A DNA stretch of 64,000 nucleotides, from NCBI GenBank assembly GCA_008632985.1, contig QPGO01000013.1:682001-746000 (forward strand), read 5' to 3'. This DNA comes from Psammoneis japonica (Eukaryota). Below are positions 49,101 to 60,335 of this stretch, in pieces. The notes below the pieces were generated by a model that worked only from the letters and a program-made list of their open reading frames with translations, had not been told where the DNA came from and did no database searches. Position 1 is the first letter of the stretch. Each line of letters opens with the position of its first letter. The position numbers were made by a program, and so were the translations under genes.

Positions 49101-50430
49101 CAAGAGAGCAGAGCCCTGTCCCTTGCAAGATGTTCTGGCATTTGTCAAAGATGGCAGCAAATTCAGCCTCGGTGCGTGGCATGCCATTGTGAAGATTTCA
49201 GTGTGTCCGCGTCATGTCCATGGACACTCTTGTCATGTTTTTCGCTCCCAAAGTTCCCACCACAAAAAATGCTCAGGCACAGACCTCTGCACCTTGTTTT
49301 GTGTTGCTGGATTGGCAAAGTGTCAAACTCATTTTCAGTGTGGCTGGTGTGGCCACCCTGCAGCAAGCACCTGCAGCGATGATTTGTTGATGCTGCCATC
49401 ATTCATCTGTTGGCTTTTCAAAGAGGCAGCTGATGACTCACAAGTGTGCATTGAAAGTGCAACTCCTGACAAGCCTGTGGTTGGCCATGGAAGTTTCACA
49501 CAACAAGATGAGCAAAATGATGCAACTGGCCATCGCACAAAAGACGCATCATGTGTGAAGGGTCTGTGCAGGATTCACACAGTGCTGAGTGTGGTCAACT
49601 GTTGCAAAGGGACCCAAGCTCCACAAGACTGCCATCATGCGCACATGCACTCTGCATGAAACAGTCTCATGATTTCCACAACACTTTGCTTGTTACACCC
49701 AAGTGCTCTTGGAAACCCCCCATTCTTCCTCTGCACAGAGGTCAATGACAGGCCTTTGCACACTGTGGCTGACATTGTGAGAAAAGATGCCAACCACCCC
49801 TTTTCCACTCCACTCACCTGGGATGTCACAAGACACCATGGTGCTCATGCTTTTGTGCAGGAGAAAAATTGCAGGCAGAAAATTACAAGCCATTTGTCCA
49901 AATTTGAGCCATGATGAAAACAAGAGGTTTGCAACCTGGAGGATGGATCGTCAGTTTGGTGGGTGGACATCTGCAAACACAATGCCTCTGAGCACCCCCC
50001 AAACACTTGTGATTGTGTCCAGCCCCTATCAGGGCTGTCAGACCTGCATGTGAACTGCACTTGTCAACCTTCAAATGCCAGCTGTCGACGCTCAAAAAAG
50101 AACAAACAACCAGTTTTTGCAAAGTCTTGCTGCTTGCTGCCTGTGGCAGACAATCCACAGTTTTCCAGGAAAGGCCAATGAATGGTGTTTGACTGGCTGT
50201 TGACATGCCTGCAGTTGCTGAGCTAGAGATCCCGAACCCTCACATGAATCCTGGTGGCATCCGATGTCATCTTCCATTGCCAGCACACATTTGGGCCAAC
50301 GCATCGCCCCTGTGCTGCTGTTCCTCGCTTTGTTTGCGCGCTGCCGCAGCGCACGATCCAGCCACACGACCAAACACGCGCGACAGTCTTCGCTCTCGCT
50401 CTCGCCGCTCTCGCTCTGCGGCGCTCGACT
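43150..50430. mobile_element. Large TpA/CpG-depleted degenerate repeat block, family unassigned
   Basis: About 7.3 kb with only occasional TA; internal ~330-bp direct repeat (47090-47420 and 47990-48330); sharp borders with normal DNA. Confidence 0.6.
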
Positions 50431-50524
50431 ATGCTGATGCTATCTGAGCAAATAAGGAACTAATAACACCGACGCTGTCGACAAACTTCCAGGTTAGTTC
50501 TCTAACAACATTGTACGTACCACA

Positions 50525-51412
50525 ATGAAAGAAGTAAACGTAAAACAAGACACTGTTGACGAGCACGAGGACGACGATGCAGCAATTGATCTCGACGACG
50601 ACGAAGAAGAAGAAATCGAAGAAGCAGCCCCCGAAGCAGAAGCAGAAGTACCCTCAGCAGCCGCACGACAAGAAGCAGCAAATGCGTGAACGGCTGCGTA
50701 AATTAAAAATGAAAATGAATCAGGCACGACAATTGAATCGTCAAGAAGTTATGCGAGAAGGAGAGCGGAGTCACGACGATGGTAGCAAGGAACGCAAGCG
50801 TCAGGCAATGTTGGATAAGAAGAAGCGACAGGCTGAATGGGAAGCGCGAAACGGAAAAGCCATGCAAGTGGCGACGAAGCCAACGTGGATGGAAAGTACT
50901 TAGTAGAACAAGCTGCAGATAGCGTGGTACGTCTACACAAAGTGCAACTTGTGATTCTCTGTTTTCTTCAGTTCTTCTGATAACCGTCATTCTATTCTAC
51001 CTCAACAGCGAACAGCCATGAAAAAGGCAGACAAGTCTGAAAAGGCACGTTACGGCATGAAAGACTATTACAATCCCGAAGGTCAATACCGTAATTATGA
51101 ACGAAACTTGAAAAGCTTACCGTCATCTTCAGCCGCAGCCGCAAGCAGTGACAGCACGTACAACCCTCTCAATCAGAATAGTAGTAGCAGTGGAGACAAG
51201 GACGAACGCAGGGGTGCCCATGTGCTGGCCTTGGAATTGAAGCGGCGCAGTGAAAAGGCATCTAAGAAGAGGCGCAGTCGAATGGAGTTTGAAGGAACAG
51301 ATGTGACATCCATTAACGAAAGAAACAAGCGCTTTAACCAAAGATTAGTCGCAACTTTGACAAGGATACAGCAGAAATTCGACAAAATTTGGAGCGGGGT
51401 ACGGCGCTCTGA
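50525..51412 (+). CDS. SYF2: Pre-mRNA splicing factor SYF2; intron ~50927-51008; apparent 1-bp indels near 50652, 50875 and 51340
   Basis: RLRKLKMKMNQARQLNRQEV, YRNYER, DVTSINERNKRFNQ.. and ..FDKDTAEIRQNLERGTAL* (the SYF2 C-terminal signature). Confidence 0.88.
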
Positions 51413-51619
51413 TGGGGACACACGAAATGCTACAGCGGGGGAATCGTGGTTGAAAACCTGGCGGAGGAAAAGAGAATGTTGAAGAATCTATTATTGATCC
51501 TGCAGGCTTTCTTGAATTTTCAGAAGCATGATTTGCATTCAAGTAGATAGGCCCTAGTTTTCGTTTCTTCAGTATTTTTGTTGTGCCTTGAGTAATGGTG
51601 TTCGCATCACCTTAAAGTC

Positions 51620-52445
51620 GCTTTTTAATTTTAAACAAGCACCTTCAATGAGACTTGCGCAAACTCCACGGAACCCACAAGGGTGACACGGCTGCTGGAT
51701 TGTTAAAGGACACAAATTTCCACGTTTCAATCTCCTGTCCCAAATCACTGTATCGCCGTAGCTTATGCCACGCATGGCATTCTAGAGTCATGAGTTCCAC
51801 CGTTTCTTGCTTTTGAATCAGCAAATCATTATTGGCCTCTTCCGCGGTGCCTTCCATTAAACTAGCATAAAGAGCCGCATGAGGCGAAGTTAATTTGCAA
51901 AACATCGCCCCACGCACGTCTCTCCACCTAGGTTCTGAGTTTCTACAAGCCATGTTGATTCTCGGGGAGTGGCGGTGGTCGGAATAAGGGCTGTTGCATC
52001 AAGTTTGATGTAAGATAGGATGGACCCGATAAGAAGGAGTCCGCCAAGGCGTCCAGCGAAGTGGTGGATGGTCGAGCCTTGAGGGGAGGAGGCGTTAGCG
52101 GCGGTGGAGGTGTGTTTATCGATGCGGTTGCATCGCGCGGAGGAGTCGCAGGAAGAGCTGCACCGGACCCAGCTGAAGCCGAAGCGACCGTAGGAACGAC
52201 TACAGTACATCGGGTCTCCTTGTCAATGGATCCTCCACTTGCGGCGGAACCTCCAACGGATGCGTTGCTGCGGCAGTTGTTGTAGTGTTGCCGGAGGTTG
52301 GAGGGGTCACTCGAGTCAACCCCACCGGTGCGGCTGGACGCATGCCGGCTCCATGAACAGCAGACGGCTGTACAGTCACAAGAGGAGTAGATTGCCCAAG
52401 CCCAGTTGATGGAGCATGGGGGATGCCATTGTCAGCGGCAGCATG
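51620..52445 (-). pseudogene. TRAPPC12: Degenerate duplicate of the TRAPPC12 5' exon
   Basis: Aligns to 56110-56985 with deletions and frameshifts; downstream exons absent. Confidence 0.8.
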
Positions 52446-54962
52446 GTAGATTTCTTATATTCTGCCGCGTAGAGCGACAACACATTGTTGACGGGTATGT
52501 CTCCATCACCCTCGAGTGAATTACTCGTCAGTGAATACGGTCTGGACAGTCAATAGTCGTGGTGTTGTTGGCATTTCCATAATAGTCCAGCAAATCCAGC
52601 GCCAGACCATTGTTAAGGTGCCGACCCAGGACGACTTGATTGAGTACGTACGACGCCCACAGCAATGGAGTATCACGAGCAAAATCAACAAGATGACTTG
52701 AATCCGAAAAGACTGCAAGTTCTTTTTGATTATTTGGAATAGGGCTTGTTATGCAGTCATTCCAAGTCTCGACGATATGCAGTTGGCCAGAGGTAGGTTG
52801 AGAAAGCAAATCGAGAAAAAAGCGGAAATGCTTCCCGAAAAGTGAATACCGGGACATCAATACCCGACATGGTACACCACAAACCGATACGAGTCGATGG
52901 ATTGGAGGTATGATTAAAAACAGGTAAAAGTAGAAGTAGAAGCATGCGTCAGAGCAAAGCATACTTTGCTGCAATCAAATGCTTTTTCTGTGAAGCTCAA
53001 CAATCAACAGCACTCAACGTACCACGGTAAAGGTCCTTTTCACTTTCTTTGTCCGGAATACAATATCAATCGACAAAACAACACGCCAACGCATCCTGTC
53101 GACTACTGTGATCTGTGATGATCTCAATCCGGAGCTTTGTCATCGTCATGCTGAATGCCGTGCTTGTGGCATCATGGCATCATGGCTCATGGCCATCATG
53201 GCAGAGATCAGAGATATCAGTGTTGTGCTATCTGCTAATTCTGGAGCTCGGACCTCGTCACCGCGGCGGCAGTTTCTTTTCTACAGTACATACGGTACGG
53301 TTACACCGTACGTAAAGTTTACGCAGGAATAAGTAATAATTTTGACAGCACCAAGTTCCTACGAATGTTTTACATACGAAAACATGGTATTAGTTCTACA
53401 AAGATACACAAAAATGATAGTGATTGAGAAATTTAGCAACGGTCACGACACAAGAAATCTCTCGAAAGCGCTTCGTCTTCTCGCGCTCGTCGTTTTTTCG
53501 TTCACAACTCGACGTCTCGCACGATGTTGTTGTTTGCCAAGCAGGAATGCAGCGATCGCCGAGGATGGCTTACCCTTCCTCCGGAAAAATAGAAAGTCTT
53601 CTCTTGTTTGGCAGCTATACAACTCATTTGCTTGCACGAAGTGTTGTCTCTAGGTGGCGTAGGTGTTGCCAGTCAAGTCCGGAGGTCGGGGCAAATCGAA
53701 TGCGTGTCTCCGGCCTGGAGTCCATGTTATTCCTGTCCATCAGCTTTCCCGATTTTACCAACCAGCAAGTCCCGTTGACTGACCCTTCCACTCGGCAGCT
53801 GATGTGACGACCAACCCTTCGACGGAGCCCTCGGCACTTCCCTCTGCAATGCCAAGTGCAGCTCAAGTGACGTGCCATCAAAAGCACCATCAGCAGAACC
53901 AAGCGATGTTTGGAAGCACTTCGTGCTGTGACGATGAACGTGAACGATGTATCGTAAGATGTACAAGGAAAGAAAAATGGAATCAAACCAAAGATGCACT
54001 TCGATGGGATGCACCATTGCTAGGAGCCACTGGACCGATCCATTTCTTTCCTATCATTTTGCGACATCTGTTCTCGTAAGTTGTTTTCCGGCTGCACTTT
54101 TCCCACTCCATCCCCGTCACCTGAAGATATGTAAAAGCTCGAGCTCCATCTTCTGATGGCGCTTTTTAGGCAAATGTTGTCCTACGCGACCGATCTCTAT
54201 CAACTTTTGATATTGGCGTGTTTCAAATATTTGAAACACGCTTTGAACAAAACAATAGAATTAGAAATACTAAAAGTACAGCATAGCAATCTTTATTGGC
54301 GTGTTATGCATCCCGTACGTACGTCAATGGACGACGATGACGGTCGTAGCGCTTGCGATGTTGTTGCATACTTCTACTTTGATGTCATGGTTTCTGTTTT
54401 CGTACCACACTGCTCTTTTTCTATCAGGGGGGGGGGTCCACGGTGGGGTATTCGTTACGGTATTCCCCAAGGCTTGTCAAAGATGTGTGGACTATTTGGG
54501 TGCTGATCACCTGCATATTTTGTGGATTCGTTACGTTCACTTGTTGTTAGGGAGTTTCAAGTGTTCTGCCGAAATAGCGGAGCACTAGAGTAGAAGAACG
54601 CGGACGACAAGGCCTCTGGGGGTTTATCCGAGCCATCTCAATTCTAAAGTATGGTAGCTAGCTACAATGCCTCTAGAGAGAAACGAAAGATTCGAATTCC
54701 GTGAGTTTTTTATTTCTCTGACGGTACCAAGCTCCGTTTATCCTCTTTCTGAGGTGAATTTATAAGGAGTGACTACGACAGATGTACTTTTATACAGGTG
54801 TTGCTCGAAGACGGGGTTCGGATGAAATACGAAGCCCACCGAGTAAGACGACAAAGTGATGTTTATCTAGGGGGCAAGTTTAAGTACACTTTCCTGTAAA
54901 GGTAACGATTGGCTGCTGCGGTACAATGAATGCATTCCAACAAGGCTGTCGATTCCTGAGAA

Positions 54963-56965
54963 CTATGTCAACCGGAAGCTCTCTGGTCCGACATCATGCA
55001 AATAGAAGCGTTTGGCAATCAGCTGCAAGACACGTTTCTTTCGTGTACAGCCAGGTTGATCAGCACCGAGTTCGTATAGTGTCGAGAGGTTGCTTGCCAG
55101 TCCCTCTGTAAAAAAGTTTGTTGGGTCTTCTCGAATCAGCGATTCAATCATGCGGACTGCCTCATGCATACGACACGTGTACAAGGCGCAGAGAGCCATA
55201 TTGTTGCAAGCGTCCGTCATGATGCTTTGGTTTGAGTCTCTTCCAATTGCAAGGAGACCTCCCATCCAATCTTCTGGGCGATAGGAATTCTGTATAAATC
55301 GTTGGTTGGATCGAAGTTGATCGACAACACGGCTCAGTAAAGCCATACTCTTGTCATAGTCACCGTGAGCAAAGCACAGCAGCCCGTCATTGAGAAGAAT
55401 CTGTGCTTCAACGTCTCGATTGCCCACACACTCGTCAAATTTTCGACGGGTCTCGATCGAAACATTGAGAGAGTTCCATTCGGATCGACCTTGTTCAAAG
55501 AGCACAGAAGCTGCACCAAGGGCGCCGGCTTGCAACATGATGCGAGCCTGCCTTGACCAAACCTCGCACCGAAAGGACGCAAGCAAAATCGAGACAAGTT
55601 CGCTGTGTGCGATCCCGTCCTTGGATACAAGACAAGATGGAACAAGGAAGGATGGTTAAGATATGTTTGGCTCCTCTTTAAAACAGAAAGTTAACTGTGA
55701 ATACTCACTTGCGCAAATCTCGACTCAACCAAATATTTGGTTGCCTCGGGTAATGACTCCAGCACATCGTCCAAGGAGGAGAGTGCCAGCCGGTATTCAT
55801 CCATTCTCAAAAAAGCATTGGCCAAGGCATGATCAATGGATGCTAGCCATACCTCCTTGTCCGGTTCGTTCTTTTCGGTAATCACCCTTCTCATTGTGTT
55901 GAGCACATCGATACATCGTTTCGAGTTCGGGTCTGTATATTGCTGTATAGCAAGGCAGTAAAAGCTCATGTGAGACGCGAGTATCTACCATAGCATTATG
56001 AATGGCGAAACTAAAGTATGCTTACCAGAGTCTCGGCAGCTAGAATATCTAAAGAAAGACGTTTGCAAGAAAAACGACGAGAAACAACATTAGCTTGCGC
56101 CCGAGTAAGCCTTATGATTAAACAAGTACCTTCAATGAGACTTACGCAAACTCCATGGAACCCACAAGGGTGACACGGCTGCTGGATTGTTAAAGGACAC
56201 AAATTTCCACGTTTCGATCTCCTGTCCCAAATCACTGTATCGCCGTAGCTTATGCCACGCATGGCATTCTAGAGTCATGAGTTCCACCGTTTCTTGCTTT
56301 TGAATCAGCAAATCATTATTGGCCTCTTCGGCTGTGCCTTCCATTAGACTAGCATAAAGAGCCGCATGAGGCGAAGACGGGGTACGCAGCATGGCACTTG
56401 TAATTTGCAAAACATCGCCCCACGCACGTCTCTCCACCAAGGTTCTGAGTTTCTGCAAGCCATGTTGATTCTCAGGGAGTGGCGGTGGTCGGAATAGGGG
56501 AGATTGCTTTAAGTTTGATGTACGATAGGATGGACCCGATAAGAAGGAATCCGCCAATGCATCCAGCGAAGTGGTGGACGGTGGAGCCTTGAGCGGAGGA
56601 GGCGTAAGCGGTGGTGGAGGTGTGTGCACCGAGGCGGTTGTATCCCGAGGAGGAGTTGTAGGAAGAGCTGCACCGGAACTCGCTGAAGCTGAAGCTGAAG
56701 CGACCGTAGGGACGACCGCAGTGGCTCTGCTTGGCAATGGATCCTCCACTTGCGGCGGAACCTCCAACGGATGCGTTGCTGCGGCAGTTGTTGTACTAGT
56801 GTTGCCGGAGGTTGGAGGGGTCACTCGAGTCAACCCCACCGGCGCGGCTGGACGAATACCGGCTCCATGAACAGCAGACGGCTGTACAGTCACAAGAGGA
56901 GTAGATTGCCCAAGCCCAGTTGATGGAGCACTGTTCTCTTCTTGATCGGTCATGGGGGATGCCAT
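54963..56965 (-). CDS. TRAPPC12: Trafficking protein particle complex subunit 12 (TPR); multi-exon
   Basis: LRTLVERRAWGDV, WVPWSL, RIMLQAG, NNMALCALYTCRMHEAVRMIESLIREDP, NLSTLYEL; gtaag donors at 56145 and 56025. Confidence 0.82.
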
Positions 56966-57139
56966 TGTGAGCGGCAGCATGCTACTGTAGCATGGTGGAG
57001 CAGTTGTCGATGTCGAAAGGAGAATAAGTGCGAATTTGAGCTGAATTTGTGCAAATCGCTGTTTCGTTATTTTGTGCTTTTTTGCGCTTTTCTTTTCTTT
57101 TTTTCGGATGACCATCGTCCGCATCGTAGTCATGGCGGC

Positions 57140-60100
57140 TAACATGTGTGCCGAGTGAACGTCCTAAACTGCATCACAAACAGTGCAATGTAGGAGATGG
57201 AAAGAAAGCTGTGGTTGGGAGAAATGCGAAAGCCGCTCTTTTGTCCCTTCAGTTTTCACCCTTTCCAAGGCGGCTTGCAAGAGAGTGGGAGAAAGGCACG
57301 TGTGCGAGAGAACAAATCCACTCGCTCTGAGCATGGGGCGTGCATCATTGGCCACAATGGCACCTGATTCCAAGCTCAAGCATTGAGGGTCAACAGAGCA
57401 TTGTTGCTCTGGTGGTCATCAAGGGAGGCACCAACATTGGAGACAATCGTGCCCGCAGCTGAAGGAAAGGCGCTGGTGGCTCTCAATCAGCTCACATGGA
57501 CGCTTCATCCAAATTGGGAGGATGTCAAATAGAATCATCTTGAGGGCCGCATGTCCATCACCACAGCATTGTCAAACAACATCAGGAGTGCTTGGAGTCA
57601 GCTGGAAAAATTCCAACCTTCAGGATGTGCTGGATGGAAGACAGTCAACTTCATCCCATCAAGTGGTGCTCGCATGCAAAGTGGTGGGTCATCTGCAGGA
57701 TCATTGCCACTTGTGAAGCCCCAATTTCCATCATCCTTGACAAAACACCACAGAGGATGCATGCACACACCACAAGCAGAGGCTTGTTGGGTTGCAGCAG
57801 TGTGCCATGCACGGATTCCTTGAGGAGAGATGTCGTCACAAGTGAGAGGATCACGAAGAAATGACTTGGCATTCCAATCGGTGCAATGGACAAAGAGAGA
57901 ACCATCAGCAAGCATGAGACATTCTGCGCCATCTTCACAACAAAGATTTCCAGACTTGCAGGGCATTGGTGATTTCCCTGACACTGTTTTCCCTGCTTCC
58001 TTGTGTTGATGGTGAGCCAGTGCATCCATGCAAAGTCCTTTTGGATTGAAGTTGCATGTGGCACTGGCTGCAGTTGAGGCAGAAGCCACAGCAGCAGTGG
58101 TCATGGCAGAAGGTGCAGAAGATGGTGCAGGAGCAGCAGTCTTTTTCAGTGCATCAGCCATGGCCTGCTCATGCTCTTTTGGACCGGGCAAATGAGTGGC
58201 CAAGGCCTTGGCAAGATCTTCAGGGGTGGCACTTGTGGCAGCAGCCAGTGGAGGTGCAGAACTTGAGGCATGAGATGACTTTGGACAGGGGGCATCAGGA
58301 ACAAAGAAGAGACAGATGGATGCAACATGCATCATGAGAGTGTCCTGACCATCCGAGATTGCCTTGATCATGGCCTTCTGAAGGTTGGTGTGGTTCAGAT
58401 GAACCGGAGAACCTTGAGGAGGAGCCACAAAAAGAGGAGCCTTGTCAATGATTGTTCCAATCCATGCAAGATCTTTGGTCAGTGCAGCTTGGGGGGTGAC
58501 AAGGTCCTGAACAATCTTGTGATGGAGAGTTGTGACAGCGTCACTCTTGAGGCCTTGGGGAGCAAATCCAGCATCCAGAAGATCTTCAGGAGCAGGGATC
58601 TTATCCAAACAAAGGGCATTCAGGTGAACATGGGCATCAGGCAAGAGGTGATGCAGCTTGAATTTGACCAGCATTGACATGATCTTGGTCAAATTGATGG
58701 CGTTTGTGTTCTTGTTGACCATGGTTGTGTGGGAAAAAATTAAATTCCTGCACAGAGCTCTGGCATGTGTTCTGTGGTGGTCGTTTGATCACAAATCGAG
58801 AGGTGAAAAACAGCTGTGACAATGACGATGATTTCAATGGAGGAAAGTCACCAAACCACACAATGGCCATTGCAGCACGGCTGCATGGAGGAAGACAAAC
58901 AGTGCACTGTTGCTCATGACCTCACAGACTGCTGGCATCGGGATGATCTAACGGATGTCTGGACAGATGAGACAATCGTGTGCCAGATGAGTGAGAAAGA
59001 AAGCAAGCAAAAGAGAGATTGTCAGATCTCTCCATGCTGTCTGTGGCAGTCTGTCTGACACAAGAGAGTGCACTCCCCATCTCCGATGTCTGTCACTGCA
59101 TGAGATGTTGAGTCTTGAGCTGCTGCTCTCCTCCTGACTGAGGCTCAGTGCCACACACGGAGCACAAGAGCGAAGCTGCTGATGACCCAGAAGCTTGCCA
59201 CTCTGTCATTGATTGTCTCTCAAACTTGAAGAGAAGGGAGCACTGCTTTCCCCATTGCTTTAGCCACTGCTGGGTGTGAGACTTTTGCCGAGGGGGGCAC
59301 ACAAACACAAACCTCACATGAGTGGCTTGACAAAGAGCACATGCAGCACACAACAGCTGGAAAGCTCTTTTGTCTCTCAGTCAAAAAGACAACCACTTCT
59401 GAGATGGTTCTTGGAACAACCACTTCATCTGCTCATTGGGCTGGGATTTGAAAAACATCAAAAATCTTTCCTGGAAAGTTCCAGCATGATGTTCTGATGG
59501 GTGTCAGAGTCAACAGCCACTTTGGAAAGTGGCGGGGCTGGCTGCCCCCTTCTTCTTGCTCATTTCTCTCTTGCTGCTCTTTCGCCTCACCAGTCTCATC
59601 TTTTTGCCCCTTGTTTTCATCCCCAACGGTGGCTCCCGAGGTTGCATCATCTTCAGCACCATTTCCCTTTCAACCCCCCTGTCAAATTCCTCAACAACAG
59701 ACTCGCTGTTGGGGGTCTCCTCCGCCACCTTCCATTTTGTGCTCCAGCACACCCCTGCAATGGCTCAGGTCATTGGCTGGGGTGTTGTGATCCATGTTCA
59801 CAATCTGGTCTCAAAACTCAATGACAACAATCCTTGCAGTGGCTTGGTGAGGTGACTGGCTGGGGCAACAAGAAGAAGCATCGCTGGTGTGGTTGGAGAC
59901 ACAGCACCCGCGGCTGTCAAGTTGTGGCACCGTTCAAAGTGAGGTTGGTTCTTGCAAAGAAATGTCACACGATCTGACCATGGGACAGTGCTTTCATTGC
60001 CTTGTTGCAGCACCATTCTCACTGAGCTGGGGCCAAATTGGAGAATCGGATCAATCAATCAATCACACACTACCGGTACAGCAACAACGGACAGACAGAC

Positions 60101-60240
60101 AAAATGATTTCAGCACGCACGAACAACACGTCATCATGGATCGGAAGAGAGGCGCAGCGCAGGCAGGTAGGTGGTGCTTTCGTTCGCCATGTTCGACATT
60201 CGATGAGAATCGGTGACAAGGCAGAGGCAAAGATTCTGTT
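57140..60240 (-). mobile_element. TpA-depleted block with a probable LTR-retrotransposon gag-like ORF remnant (57598-58722)
   Basis: Tyr-free 374-aa ORF; IRAWH...QQASACGVCMHPLWCF...WGFTSG.D.DD resembles diatom Copia gag once His/Cys are back-converted to Tyr (from memory, unverified). Confidence 0.5.
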
Positions 60241-60335
60241 GTGACTTTTGTACTTATTCTTAGCTCTATCTCGACTGAACGAAACTCGATATAGATTGCA
60301 ACTTCCTAGATATCTTCGAAAGAGGGAAGTCGGAA

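Noticed and set aside
27760..51340. Frameshifts in SDR, PI-PLC, COG7, SYF2 and others as programmed frameshifting or pseudogenisation
   Set aside because: They are single-base indels, often in short homopolymers, in otherwise intact conserved genes. Long-read consensus errors are most likely; read-level checking is needed.
52500..54600. Short ORFs between the TRAPPC12 copies
   Set aside because: No recognisable family or coherent exon chain; possibly gene debris.
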